Positions 43,969 to 55,760 of a DNA stretch of 64,000 nt are shown in pieces. Below the pieces are notes generated by a model. That model had not been told where the DNA came from, searched no databases, and was given only the letters and a program-made list of their open reading frames with translations. The stretch is from assembly GCA_000002445.1 (NCBI GenBank), contig CM000208.1:1184001-1248000 (forward strand), given 5' to 3'. The translations under genes and the position numbers were made by a program. Numbering within the stretch: position 1 is the first letter of the stretch; the number at the start of each line of letters is the position of its first letter. The DNA comes from Trypanosoma brucei (lineage: Eukaryota).

Positions 43969-45282
43969 TTAATCATCATCTGAAAAATTCTGCAGCTCGT
44001 GGAACCTACCTAGTGCCCTTGACCAAGTTGTGGACTGATTTCTATCGCAAAGTTTTGACGTAAAGCCAACAAAAACAGACTGATCTTCCCTCGACACCGC
44101 AGTCATCGGCTGCTTTTGGATGTCTGCATTGTCGGGTGCAGGCTCAAAATATTGCAAGTCTCTCGGGCTATTCAGCTCCACAGAAAAAGGGGCCTTCTCA
44201 TTTCGGATACTGTCGGTCAGAGGGACACCCTTACAGAATGGGTGGCGGATTATTTCCTCAAACCCGTATCGCTCTTTTGAATCGGCAATAAGGTGAGAAA
44301 TCAAATCAATTGCTTCCTTTGACACCGTCGTTTGATCCTTCGGAAACTCCAAGTGCTCTTTGAACTGTATTATCTTCTTAGCGGTTGCGGTGTTATTATC
44401 GTTGAAAAATGGAGGATATCCAAATATCATTTCATATAGAATAACACCAGCGCTCCACCAGTCACAGGAATAGTCATATCCCCTTCCAATTAGAACCTCA
44501 GGTGCAATGTAGGCGGGTGAGCCGACAGTAGAAAAGAACATGACCTTTCTTTCCTTTTTATCCCTGAAGCGTTTCTTTACGTCATCATCAACGGTTACAT
44601 CCTCCGTTAAATAGCTATCGTCGGCTACGGATGTACTTTCAGCCTGATCCGGATCTCTCTTAGACAACCCAAAATCTGCTAATTTAACATGGCCCTCCCG
44701 ATCAATAAGGACATTATCCGGCTTCACATCCCTGTGAACATAGCCCATCTTGTGCAGCGCATTCAGTGCTAAAACCAACTCAACGAAATAAAATCTTGCC
44801 GTTTCTTCCGGGAAGACATCGTAACGGATGAGCCAAGAAATAAGATCCCCTCCGGAGCAGTACTCTGTTACTATATAAAGGAAGTCTTGATCTTGGAATG
44901 CTACCACCAAATCCGTAATCCATGGACAACTTACTCGCTTCTGCCGTAGTTTTGCGTCAGAAAGAAGATCTCTCTCTGTGTGTACATTAAGTGATTGCTT
45001 CCTTTTCACAATTAGATCCTTTCGTATCTTTTTCATGGCATAGACAATGTGAGGTTCTTCCGGTCTCCAACACTGAAACACCTCCGCGAATGCACCCCTC
45101 CCAATTGCGTCCCCAACACAGAACTCGTTCACTGTGTGCTTCTTCTGTCTACCTCGGGAATGTTCAATAGCAAAACTTTTCTTGTCCCCCACCATTCCTT
45201 TAACGTAGTACTCACCTGTATACTTTTTGGCAACGGCAACCTTTGCGTCAGTGCCAACTTGAGATTTAGGCACATCTGACAT
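43969..45282 (-). CDS. NDR/LATS-family AGC protein kinase (PK50/PK53-like) (~438 aa from MSDVPKS… at 45282)
   Basis: Kinase subdomains (GRGAFAEV, YAMKKI, HRDVKPDNVLI, DFGLSK, …GSPAYIAPEV) with long DFG–APE insertion typical of NDR kinases; ORF track over-extends 5' by 33 codons. Confidence 0.85.
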   Translation of the reverse strand: MSDVPKSQVGTDAKVAVAKKYTGEYYVKGMVGDKKSFAIEHSRGRQKKHTVNEFCVGDAIGRGAFAEVFQCWRPEEPHIVYAMKKIRKDLIVKRKQSLNVHTERDLLSDAKLRQKRVSCPWITDLVVAFQDQDFLYIVTEYCSGGDLISWLIRYDVFPEETARFYFVELVLALNALHKMGYVHRDVKPDNVLIDREGHVKLADFGLSKRDPDQAESTSVADDSYLTEDVTVDDDVKKRFRDKKERKVMFFSTVGSPAYIAPEVLIGRGYDYSCDWWSAGVILYEMIFGYPPFFNDNNTATAKKIIQFKEHLEFPKDQTTVSKEAIDLISHLIADSKERYGFEEIIRHPFCKGVPLTDSIRNEKAPFSVELNSPRDLQYFEPAPDNADIQKQPMTAVSREDQSVFVGFTSKLCDRNQSTTWSRALGRFHELQNFSDDD

Positions 45283-45536
45283 CTTGCCTGTTTTTTCTCC
45301 CCCACCAAAGAGCTTGAGGCTCAAAACAGTAGTAACAGTACAAGGCGAATAGAAAAGATGTTCAATAATTAGCAAACACATATCAACTCACGGCTATGTG
45401 CATGCACATACGCTCAAAAATTTTAAAAATCCGATGGGTCATTTTTTAGTCGCACACAGTAAATAAAATAATAGCAGAGGAGAGCGAGGAAGTGAGTCAA
45501 AAAGATTAGATGGAACACAACATCGGAGACAAACAT

Positions 45537-45980
45537 TCATAGGAGTAGCTTTTTCTTTCGATGCTCTAGTTTTGTAGGCTTCATACGTGTTCTTTTTGGC
45601 CATTTATTCTCGCCGCCCTTCGAGGCTTTTAAGCTGCTTTTCAACTGTTTTTGGATAGACAAATTCTTCCAGTCCAGGAACGGTGCCCTCTTCAGATCCG
45701 ATGGAAGGTGCACAAGTCGTACACTTGATCCCTTTAAGAAAACACGACCCTCTACAGAAAGCGAAGAGTCTCGGTGCTGGCACCGCACATCAATAAGTTC
45801 TATGTCCCCACATATTGCATCAAGTTGCATCAGCTTGCCATCATAAACACTGCCATCAGTAGTTTCCACCTTGACGAGGAATCCGGTCGCCTCACAAATG
45901 GCACGTAAGGGAATATCAGCTACACCTTCCATATCCCTAATAACGACTACCTCAACGATCAACTTGCCTATTTCTCCCAC
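45537..45980 (-). CDS. Sm-like (SmD3-type fold) protein with basic C-terminal tail (147 aa)
   Basis: Sm1/Sm2 motifs (…FLVKVETTDGSVYDGKLMQLDAICGDIELIDV…RVFLKGSSVRLVHLPSDL) aligning best with SmD3; first gene of the minus-strand array. Confidence 0.6.
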   Translation of the reverse strand: MGEIGKLIVEVVVIRDMEGVADIPLRAICEATGFLVKVETTDGSVYDGKLMQLDAICGDIELIDVRCQHRDSSLSVEGRVFLKGSSVRLVHLPSDLKRAPFLDWKNLSIQKQLKSSLKASKGGENKWPKRTRMKPTKLEHRKKKLLL

Positions 45981-48900
45981 AATTTTGACAATTTGAAAAA
46001 AGTGCTAGTGGCGACCAAATCATGCAAAAAATCGACTTTCTTTACGTCTTATTACAAATTAATGCACTCACACACGGTGCTCCCGAACACAAAAAAGTTC
46101 AGGGCAAGCCAGAGAGGGAAAAGAGGCGTACGAAAACCACCAAGTGCTATGAAACATAGATGCCAAAAACAAAACCCTATCGCACAACACCACCTTCGTG
46201 GAGTGTCATCGCGGTCCACGCGAGTCCGGGGCCTCCGTGTCGCGCTGCGAGCAGCAACGACATATGGGTGAAGTATGCCCACGCACAATCGTCCTGAAGA
46301 ATAAAGAAAAACTGCTCCATAAGCCTGTTTACAGACACACTTCACAAAGACATAAACAGTAGGATGTCACTGGAATCAACAGACAACTAGGAACAAGGTT
46401 GCAAAAAAAAAGTCCATTTGATTGCTTCTCACATCAAACATTACATACATACACATGCTATACCGCTCTATACCACCTTACGAATCAACATATGGGTGGA
46501 ACCCCCGCACAAAGCGCGTCCTGCACAACAAATCCCCACGACCAATAGCAACCAGAAAATGAGCAAAAGCGGTTACGGCGGCGCCCGCCGCGATGTGCTG
46601 GAAACAGAAGTAAAAGAAAGATGGAGAAAATTCCACAACAACGATCTCCCACATCGGGACGCTGCTCCGCGCTGCAGCATAAGAAAGGGGCTCCTCTCAA
46701 TTTCCATGCTCACACGAGGGGCTGCTAATGACGGGAAGGCTACGAAGATGGTGAAGTAGCCACAGGGGTCCCCCGTCCGCTTCGGATCCGACGATCGTCT
46801 GTCGTACCCCATCGCCTGTGAACAAAATGTCCCAAACCGAAGAAACCCCAGCTCTCTCCGGCGCTCTAGCCCCAGCCTCGCTACGGTTTTTTGGCCCGCG
46901 CCACCGGCAACCACCAGCAAAGAACGGGGAGGAGCACACCCACGAACTCTGGTGCCCCAAGGCACCGAAGCGTAGTGCGACAAACCGTTAGGAAAGAGTT
47001 GTCACGGACAAAAACGAAAAGAAGAGGAGAAAACCCATGGGGTGCCACTCACACCCATACCGCTAACGCCTGGCACCCGCTTAGGTGAATCAGAGGCAAA
47101 GAACCACCTCTCCACCCGTACCTGAAACCCTTGAAGCAACCACTGCCACTTCGGCCTCTGCAGCGATATCCTCGAGCGCTTTGTTTACATGGGACAGACC
47201 GCTGAGCGTAGGTAGGGAGTAAAGTGACTCAATCACAGTGCTTTTGAGCCTGCCGCAAAAGCGCAGATTTTTCACTTTCTTCAAAAGACACCACGGCCAG
47301 CGGTGCCGGCCACCGACCCACTACAAGCATAGTGGTTGCTAAACATGGGGTGGTTTTGCCACCACCGCCACCATACGGATCGGTAACTAGTTCCCGCCGG
47401 CCGCTACTTGTGGCAGTAGCCAGTTGACGGGGATAGGGCGGTAGTGATGTATGTTGACCTTTTGCCACGGCTCGATCCTCCGTCCCACCGATGCGCCGGC
47501 ACCTCCATCAGTACGCTGAACGCGGAGCACTACAAGCTGCGTTAACAACCGGATGAGTTTCCCATTTCGGAAAGTAAGATTTCGCCGATCGGAAGGTTGA
47601 TCATCCCCTTGGTTTTTGCGACTTAATGAGCATGTTGGACGCTCACGATTTGGAAGTCAGTTGTGGGTGCTGCAGCGGAGGCCCTGGAGGGACACGAAAT
47701 CGCGCATTGCATTTCGATAAACGCAGTGCACCATTATAAAAGCGATTATTCACGTTCGGTGGGGAGTCTTCATCACACTTTACTGTGCCGCAAATGATGC
47801 ACCACGGTAAATTCGGGGCGAAATCAAAAGGTACCAGCATACGGTTCCACTGAAGATACAATCCTGAGACTGTAGTATTCAGGAGGGACCCAGCAATATT
47901 TGCAGTGAGAGAAGAACTGACCTATTGGCCCACCGAGACGTCCACCAACACGATTCTGTCCTCCTCATGCGTTACCATGTGAATGCGCGCACTTCCCTCC
48001 CCCCATACACACACCACCCCAGAACTGATGCATGTCTGGTATATCTCGAACAACTTTACACCCCGCTAACGCGTGGCTCCGTTCAACTTCTTTGAAGTGT
48101 GATTTTGCGAAGGCACCCCCACCCCTAATCCAAACTACAACTTTTTACAATCATCTCTCGGTGTCTAAAAGCTCGTTATTCGCTGCAAAGCGTTGGTTAA
48201 GCACAAAATTGTATACGCCTACGGACTACATAGTACCCGAGTTCAAAGAGAACCATCGACAGCTACCGCAGCGTTCCCACTATTCAGCACAACGGGGCAC
48301 TTCCGAAGTACTGTAGGTAACGGCCGATAGTCTGTGGAATTATACACTTTACACAAACAGGGCATATAATTATGCGGTGATTTCCCTAGTGTTCGATGCT
48401 ATTCAAGATGTGAGAATGCATTTCCTACGGTGACTAAAAGTGTGTTATATCGACATAGTTTTCCCCCGCACATACTAATAATATACTATGCGGTGTTATG
48501 TGCACAATATGGGAGGTGTGGCTACTGTATATGTTATTTGTTAACTCTTCCTTCGGATGAAACACTACAGTGTCACACCTCTCCTTCTCACATCATATGT
48601 ATGTGCTTCACCTCACATTATTACTCCATACCATCGTGTTCTAATGGGAAAAATAATGCGGAATGATAGATTAGGTGAAAAAAGAAAAGATCAGAAAGGC
48701 ATGACTATCTCTCTCTATGGTGTGTGGTATACGCTGTTGATGCTTTGAAAGTTCTGCATCATCACGTGATATCGTATATCCACATGCTGTGTGCATGTAT
48801 TCGTGTGATGCATGCTTGGAACAATGGAGAGTGTGACCATGTCAGTTTGTGTTCACCACCGTGCTCTTCATCTGTAGGAGTAGGTAAAACTAACAACAGA

Positions 48901-51566
48901 TCATCAATATTTCAACGAAGGGAAGACAGGGTCGGTTTTAATATGCGGCCGCCGAGTATCGGAGCAACGGTGGAGCCCCAACGTATCCGTAGTGTTCAAC
49001 CCCCTCCGTTGCGGTCTCCGCGTCCCCGCTCCTCATTGTTCGGCCGCTTTTGAAGACGCCACGTTGAGACTGGAACCTGTGTCTTGCCGCTTTTGCTGGA
49101 AAGAGGAAGGAAGATCACTGTGGCCACTAACAGTGGAGGGTCGGGTGTCGTGAGATGTGTCTATCTTCCGTTGGGGTTTTCTTCTTGGGAAAGCGGTTTA
49201 CCTTAGTGGGCGGCGGTAACCTGTTCTATTTGGAAGGATGTCGTGCAGGGGGTGAGTGAGTTTTCTTGACCAAGTTTACGAATTTGTTGTGCACCCCTGT
49301 TTTATCCCACTGCTTGAAGTGTTTCGGAATAGATGATAGGGAGGATGGTATGGCAAGAAACCTGCCGGGACCTTTACCGTTTCACCGCTGACTACATGTT
49401 CCCACAATTTTCTACCATATCCTTCGGGCGGCATTGCAGTGAGAGTGCCATGTGGGACAGGGGACAGATTGGAACTTGATCTTCCGGAGGTCTTCGGAGT
49501 TATAGAGTGATTGCTTCTCTTCTCCTTTCCTTTGGCGTGACTCTCATACGGAGGCTCTTGGTGAGCAGGATACAATTCGCCTGCTGACTTTTTGGTTTAT
49601 TTTTTCCCATATTTCAGTGTTGCGGGGTCACTTTCGGCACCGTTGGGAATCGAGAAGTGACGTATAAAGGTGTTCGCTTCTGCAGCAAAAAGTGGTTCCG
49701 TTTGGTATTCATTTGTGGAGACACTTTCCCTCCTTTCCATTTCGGAAAACTTTTTGTCACGGAAGAAGGGCTTTTGGTATTGTCCCGTCCGATGATCTTT
49801 GCCCCGATCGTTCCATCATGAATAATAGCTACAACTGTGTGTGTCTGTACGGCTGTGGATATTTCCCCAGTCCCCAATCGCTTCGGTCGCTTTTACTCTT
49901 TTATAGCACGGTTTAGAGTTGGTAAACTGGTGCCGTTCTGTGGAAGCAGTGGCCGGAGGAAAGTGTGGGGTGAAGTCGTTAGCTCGTTTGAGTTGACGCA
50001 GGCCTTGGAGAATGTCATGTGGTGACCTCCGTGGGCTGTGGCCGTGTCGCCAATTTGTGGCGGCGCAGTCCTTTGATGTGACTGAATCGGGTGCATAACT
50101 TGTTCTCCGGCCATGCTCACGGTTTTTTTTGTTTTCGCTGCCGCTTCAGCCGTCTTCTCCCCAGCAGATTATGAAATATGGTCCGGCGCGTGGGGGAAAT
50201 GAGTTGGTTCCACCCAAGAACGTTGGAGCCAGAGGCCTATGCTGCCTTTTCCCGTGTGTATTTGTGAAGGGGGGGGGGACGAGGCTCAGAGGAGCGGCAT
50301 GTCCATTTTTTGTGAATCCTCTTTGTCCACTGGGGAAGGAGATTGAAGTCAGGGTTGCCTGGGGGGATGACTCAATGCGCGCCGTCGGATGAGCAAACTT
50401 ATGTTTAGCGGCCCTTGTGGTGATTGCGTCAACCGGTGGGTCGACGGTAGTGGTGAGCTCAACTTCTGTTTTTGAGTTGCCGGAGCTCCGCCGCTGTGCC
50501 GGCAAAGGGGAAGGTTGGTACTGGTTAGCCCTCAGGGTACAGAGTTTGGTCTCAAATACACTGAAGGCGCCCCCTACTCGGCAGCCGCGCCTCTGAGCGC
50601 TGTTCGCCCGGATGAGTTGGTTCGTAGATGCTGCACTGGGCGCTGTGTAAAGCTCGTGGGGGGTTGGAATGGATGTGATAATCGCGTAGCAGTTTAGTGA
50701 GGATGGCGTCGACGGCGACGCCCTTTCGCATCCCTGAAGTCTTTAATATGTCTGTTCTTGTTCGACGAGGGGTTTGCTGCGGATCCCACCAAGAGTTGGT
50801 CTCGCAGTATTTTGGCCGCGGCTCTGCCCACGCTGGGTGAATTGCGCTTTGCCTGGTTTCCCCCGCCAGAGCGGGGTACAGTGGCCGGGCTGCGCGTGTG
50901 GGGTGCCGTCATTGCTGAGTGTGTCGGTGTTGTGCCCGCCCCGTTCCTGTTGCGTTAAGCAGGATTGGGCCCGGTGGGGGTTTGGTGACTCCAACCGAAG
51001 CGTCGGCATGTGGATGCGCCCCATCGTTTCTGGTGGCTGACATGTTTGGTTTCGTCGTATTGGGCCCAGGGTTATAGTGGGCGACAGGGTCTGGCTTGCG
51101 TAACCCGTCGCTTTTTCTTGTTGGCAGTTGGTGCCTTTTATTCGACGGTGGTGGCGTTTTCTGGAAATCGGTCCCCGTTCTGGGGTTCTGTCGTTGAAGG
51201 ACTCCTTGTACTTACCATATTATGATATGCATTTTGTTTGCCACCGTATGGCTTCGTTTTCTGTTTGCGTCCCTAACAGAGCAGGTGGTATCGTGGATAC
51301 CGGCGGTGCGAGGGGTTGTGCATGTTATGGCGGGCTTTGCACGACGAGCCTTGAATCCACCTTTTTTAATTATTTCAGTTCGGATTGCAGGTGATGTGCT
51401 TGCCCACACCCTGCAATTTGTTTAAAGTTTAATGGCAGTGCCGATGCCATTTTTGTCTTGGCGTATGCTAGGCGCGTGAGTTGTAGATGTCTAAGAAAAT
51501 AGTGTTGATATAGCCCTCTGTTTTTTGTTTAAGTGGTGATGTTATTGTTTTTCTTTAATCTTCCTG
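45981..51566. promoter_or_regulatory. Divergent strand-switch region (candidate bidirectional RNA pol II transcription start region), no convincing CDS
   Basis: Flanked by first gene of minus array (…45980) and first gene of plus array (51567…); only short unrecognisable ORFs; 46.0-47.5 kb C+A-rich on plus strand, 49.0-51.5 kb G+T-rich with G-runs (G10 at ~50270). Confidence 0.6.
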
Positions 51567-52205
51567 GTGTTGTTTAGTGCAAAGCTAGGTGCAATGGAGG
51601 ATATGGGCGACTTGGCGAAGGGCAACTTGGCTTCGTCCAAGTGGCTTGGCACTTTCAGCCTCCTTTATGCCGAAGTGGTTGTTTCGTTTGCGAGTGCCAT
51701 AGTTCTACTTGTTTTGACTGTTGTCCAGTTACTTTATCGAACCAGCTGGCGGGCCAGGAAGTTATGGAGAGTAGGAAACGAGGTGCGCTTCGATGGGGAG
51801 CGTTACCTCGCGAAACCGGAGGGCGACATTGGTCGGAAAATTTTGGAAAGGGGCATAAAATCGCATGAAAATGTTTACTTTGAGCGTCCCTCAGGCACAC
51901 TTCCCCCAATTGTAGCGAATGACTGTGACGCTAGGGTAAATTGTCTCTCTATGATTGCGGAGACAAGGAAGATACTCTACAAGCAGTACGGGGAACCGGC
52001 GCGTTTAATGTCTATGCGTTGTTGTTTGTCGTGTATAGAAAATGTTTTGCCGTCGAGCCAAGCGGAGGATTTCCTTCGCATATATGAGTCTGTCCTTTAC
52101 GGGCAGTATCGCGCGGATGGGGTTCCGGAGGTGATTTCTGACGAAGAGATAAAGTTTTTGCACGTTTTTTACCACAATTCAATTCTCAAAGAGATTCAAT
52201 GGTAG
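51567..52205 (+). CDS. Hypothetical membrane protein (212 aa)
   Basis: First ORF of plus-strand array; one predicted TM helix (FSLLYAEVVVSFASAIVLLVLTVVQLL); no family recognised. Confidence 0.4.
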   Translation: MLFSAKLGAMEDMGDLAKGNLASSKWLGTFSLLYAEVVVSFASAIVLLVLTVVQLLYRTSWRARKLWRVGNEVRFDGERYLAKPEGDIGRKILERGIKSHENVYFERPSGTLPPIVANDCDARVNCLSMIAETRKILYKQYGEPARLMSMRCCLSCIENVLPSSQAEDFLRIYESVLYGQYRADGVPEVISDEEIKFLHVFYHNSILKEIQW

Positions 52206-52412
52206 CGCGGTGTTAAAACGTGCCAGGGAACATGTTTAAAATATACCCTTCACTTGTATCAAACTGTCAAAAAATGTTGGCTGCTTTCAGTTTTAATATT
52301 TACCAATCGATAATAATATTTTCTCTCTTGCTGTCTATATTTGCATGCAACAATGCATTGAGGTTCGTGTATTTACATTTTTATGCGTATAGACCGTCAC
52401 CCGTAAGGCAAG

Positions 52413-53321
52413 ATGAGCATCACCATAAAGTTGACCAACGGTGATAAGAAGACTGTCGAAGTACCTGACCTAAGTATAACAGTTATCCAGTTTAAGGAAC
52501 TTGCGGAGAACGCTGTTGAGATACCTGCAGCTGAGCAAAGAATTGTTTTGCGAGGAAAGGTTCTTAAGGATACAGATGTTCTCTCCGCGGTGGGCTTGGA
52601 GCACGGACAAGCTGTTCACATTGTGCGCGGACAACAGCCGAAAACTCAAGCAACATCCACGTCTGCACCCGTCCCAGGACCCTCAAACCCGCCTCACGTG
52701 GCGAGTAATTCGTACTCTACCGCGTCTAATGCTCCCATGAATTCAAATTCTGAGAGTTCCAACCCTTATATGCCGCTGGCGGGATATATGCCAACTTCAC
52801 TGAGTGGGGGTGTAAACGCTGCGGGTATGGGAGGATCGTTCCCCCCGTTTTCCAGTGATGCTGCTGCGCAATTGATGCAGTCTCCGTTGTTTTCCCAAAT
52901 GATGCGGGATATGTTGGGAAATCCCCAGTTTATGCAGACAATGATGCAATTTGCTGGAAACCAGTCAAGGGGCAATGATGCAGGAATGCAGCAACTGTTA
53001 AGCGACCCTCTCATGATGCAATACGTCATGCAGTTGGCGTCTAATCCGGAATTTTTGCAGGAGATGACGCGAATGGTGCCCGGAGGAGGCCCCCTTTCCG
53101 CCCCTCAAACTCCCTTTTTTGGACAGCCAATCCCGAACTTGACAGGGGCACCGCAAGGAGGTGGTTTGTCGCAACCTCAGGGAGACCCACGGGTTGTGTA
53201 CCAATCCCAACTTCAACAGTTAAGGGATATGGGGTTTCCGAACGAAGAAGCGAATATTGCGGCATTGCAGCAAACCCAAGGTAATATTCACTTCGCGATC
53301 GAAAGGCTTTTAAATGGGTAA
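52413..53321 (+). CDS. Ubiquilin/Dsk2-like shuttle factor (UBL – STI1-like Met/Gln-rich repeats – UBA) (302 aa)
   Basis: N-terminal ubiquitin-like domain (MSITIKLTNGDKKTVEV…), central M/Q-rich STI1-like repeats, C-terminal UBA (…QLQQLRDMGFPNEEANIAALQQTQGNIHFAIERLL). Confidence 0.8.
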   Translation: MSITIKLTNGDKKTVEVPDLSITVIQFKELAENAVEIPAAEQRIVLRGKVLKDTDVLSAVGLEHGQAVHIVRGQQPKTQATSTSAPVPGPSNPPHVASNSYSTASNAPMNSNSESSNPYMPLAGYMPTSLSGGVNAAGMGGSFPPFSSDAAAQLMQSPLFSQMMRDMLGNPQFMQTMMQFAGNQSRGNDAGMQQLLSDPLMMQYVMQLASNPEFLQEMTRMVPGGGPLSAPQTPFFGQPIPNLTGAPQGGGLSQPQGDPRVVYQSQLQQLRDMGFPNEEANIAALQQTQGNIHFAIERLLNG

Positions 53322-53569
53322 GCAGCAGAGGCCACTAGGTATATTTTGCGATTAGCTGAAACCGAGGCATTTCTTATGTTAAGTCTCTGTATTTAGCTAT
53401 GATCTCACTATTTCCCTCTTTTCTTCGTTGGGTTGTGTACCTAGCGATGTTTTACCTCGACAATTCTCGGTCGAGGGGGCTAAGGCGGTTTCTACCCCTA
53501 TCAATCTTTGAAAGAAGTTATGGGTGTCTCCTCCTACCTTCATTTATTGCAAGGTGGTTGCTACATAAA

Positions 53570-53602
53570 ATTTTTATTTTTTGTCTCTGCTTTCCTCTTA
53601 AG
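53570..53602 (+). promoter_or_regulatory. Polypyrimidine tract + AG: candidate spliced-leader trans-splice acceptor for CRK3
   Basis: tttttattttttgtctctgctttcctcttaAG ends 33 nt upstream of the CRK3 ATG. Confidence 0.5.
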
Positions 53603-53635
53603 TTCTTCAGGAAACGTTAGGTTGAAGGAGGAGAT

Positions 53636-54571
53636 ATGACAATGCTTGGGGCGTTAACCGGTCGACAACTTTCCTCTGGTCTTAAGGATCAGTTCGACCG
53701 CTATAATCGAATGGACATACTTGGAGAAGGAACGTATGGAGTTGTGTACCGTGCTGTTGACAGGGCAACGGGACAGATCGTCGCACTGAAGAAAGTGAGA
53801 TTAGATCGCACCGATGAGGGAATACCTCAAACAGCTCTTCGGGAGGTATCTATTTTGCAAGAAATCCATCACCCCAACATTGTTAATCTTCTAGATGTTA
53901 TATGTGCCGATGGGAAGCTTTACTTGATATTTGAGTATGTTGATCATGATCTCAAAAAGGCTCTCGAGAAGAGGGGTGGAGCATTCACGGGAACTACACT
54001 AAAAAAGATAATTTACCAGCTACTCGAGGGACTTTCGTTTTGTCATCGGCACCGCATTGTCCATCGAGACCTAAAACCAGCAAACATACTTGTCACCACG
54101 GATAATTCCGTTAAAATAGCAGACTTTGGATTGGCTCGCGCTTTCCAGATTCCGATGCACACTTACACTCACGAGGTTGTCACACTCTGGTATAGAGCGC
54201 CAGAGATTCTCCTCGGTGAAAAGCACTACACCCCGGCAGTGGATATGTGGAGCATTGGTTGTATTTTTGCTGAACTAGCTCGAGGTAAGGTACTCTTTCG
54301 TGGTGACAGTGAGATTGGACAGTTATTTGAGATTTTTCAGGTGCTTGGCACCCCAATGGATGCTGAGGGGTCGTGGTTGGGGGTGTCGTCTCTTCCAGAC
54401 TATCGTGACGTCTTTCCAAAGTGGAGTGGAAAACCCCTCACTCAGGTGTTACCAGCGCTTGACGGTGATGCCGTTGATCTGCTTTCTCAGATGCTGAGGT
54501 ATAACCCTGCTGAACGTATTTCAGCCAAGGCGGCGCTGCAACATCCATGGTTTAGTGATGCCATGTTTTAG
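53636..54571 (+). CDS. CRK3: cdc2-related kinase 3 (CDK1-like cyclin-dependent kinase) (311 aa)
   Basis: Near-identical over most of its length to remembered trypanosomatid CRK3 ([13 protein letters not shown]…, [45 protein letters not shown], …PWFSD). Confidence 0.9.
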   Translation: MTMLGALTGRQLSSGLKDQFDRYNRMDILGEGTYGVVYRAVDRATGQIVALKKVRLDRTDEGIPQTALREVSILQEIHHPNIVNLLDVICADGKLYLIFEYVDHDLKKALEKRGGAFTGTTLKKIIYQLLEGLSFCHRHRIVHRDLKPANILVTTDNSVKIADFGLARAFQIPMHTYTHEVVTLWYRAPEILLGEKHYTPAVDMWSIGCIFAELARGKVLFRGDSEIGQLFEIFQVLGTPMDAEGSWLGVSSLPDYRDVFPKWSGKPLTQVLPALDGDAVDLLSQMLRYNPAERISAKAALQHPWFSDAMF

Positions 54572-55022
54572 ATCATTATACATAATTAGACATCATTTGT
54601 TTTCGCTCGTTGTTCCAATCAGATTTTAGATGGCATGCTTTTTCTGTGCAGTTGAGAGCCCAGTAGAGCGTTTTACATGCCCATCCTCGCCTAAGCAGGT
54701 ATGTCTTATAAGAGGATGTGTCGGTCTTTGAGGGTCTTTTCCTTTCCTTAAAAGCTGTTCTGGACGTATTTGTTACAGTAGATCAACCTGTGCGTTCTAT
54801 CTTCGATACTTTTTTCTGGAGGAAACAAGTACAATAACGAGGAGGGAAGAAAATAAAACTTGTTCTGTGCCCAATTCTCTTTCTCCCTTTATAAAAATCA
54901 TCACTATCCTTTTATTTATCTCGATATTGTATTGCTATAATAATTGTTGTTGTTTTCATTTTCTGTCAGTTTTATTTAGCAGACTTGGTGCTTGGTGTCG
55001 GTGTGTTCTACAAGCGAGAGGA

Positions 55023-55760
55023 ATGACAGCACTATCGAATGAAGAAATGTATGTAGCAAAAGCTGCCGTTGAAGAGAACAAAAGGCTGTATAAGCTCCTA
55101 AACGGGTTATCAAAAAGAGATGAAATTGTCGAAGAAAGTGCCGTTGCAAACAGCAATTACGGTATTTTTTCACTACAGCGGCGGAACGAAGTCCTAAAAA
55201 ATGACATCAATGAGCTGGAGAATCAACTTGATGACTGCGATGTCGGATACACGGACACCGTGTTGGAATACAACCGATTAAAGGAGCGGCGAGGGCACTT
55301 ACGCAATGAAACCCAAAGCTTGCGCAATATTTTGAGTCACCAGTTTCCAAAGGTACGAGAGGCTGAAAGACTTGAAATGGAGCGTAAAAAAATTAAGGAA
55401 ACGAGTGAAGAGAAAAATGTGGAGGCAAAAGATGAAGCAAAGCGTTTGAAGGAGATGAAAGAAAAGGAAATGAGCCAAGTTAGTGTGCTGTTGAGAAAGG
55501 AGACCCACCTGCAGGAAAAGCTAGACAAAATGATACTGCCACTAGATACCACCGACCGCCAGGCGATCAGGTCAGCGATCAGTGCTGCTGACAGGACAAT
55601 CCAGAGACTGAAAGTAGAGATTAACAAGTATCAATCCTTTCGCCAGCCACATCAAAGTACAAGGGCTGACGATGCGGACTGTGGTCTAGCAAAGCTAAGG
55701 GAGGAGTACTATGCACTTCGTGAGAAGTTAGATATGTTGCATCAAGATGCGAGTATGTGA
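55023..55760 (+). CDS. Hypothetical coiled-coil protein (~245 aa from MTALSNEEMY… at 55023; ORF track starts at 54867)
   Basis: Continuous heptad/charged sequence (…LENQLDDCDVGYTDTVLEYNRLKERRGHLRNETQSLRNIL…KRLKEMKEKEMSQ…); upstream 52 codons are Cys/Leu-rich, probably UTR. Confidence 0.5.
   Translation: MTALSNEEMYVAKAAVEENKRLYKLLNGLSKRDEIVEESAVANSNYGIFSLQRRNEVLKNDINELENQLDDCDVGYTDTVLEYNRLKERRGHLRNETQSLRNILSHQFPKVREAERLEMERKKIKETSEEKNVEAKDEAKRLKEMKEKEMSQVSVLLRKETHLQEKLDKMILPLDTTDRQAIRSAISAADRTIQRLKVEINKYQSFRQPHQSTRADDADCGLAKLREEYYALREKLDMLHQDASM

Noticed and set aside
46573-46983. 136-aa minus-strand ORF just upstream of the Sm-like gene
   Set aside because: Arg/Ala/Gly-rich, overlaps two other equally long ORFs on both strands in GC-rich sequence (typical spurious pattern), no family resemblance.
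47229-47468. 79-aa minus-strand ORF in the strand-switch region containing a Walker-A-like GGGGGKTT motif (…VTDPYGGGGGKTTPCLATTML…), suggesting a P-loop NTPase gene or pseudogene remnant
   Set aside because: Too short, terminated by stops on both sides, no Walker B or other NTPase blocks in adjacent frames, and first codon reads GTG. Most likely a chance match in GC-rich non-coding sequence, although a decayed pseudogene cannot be excluded.
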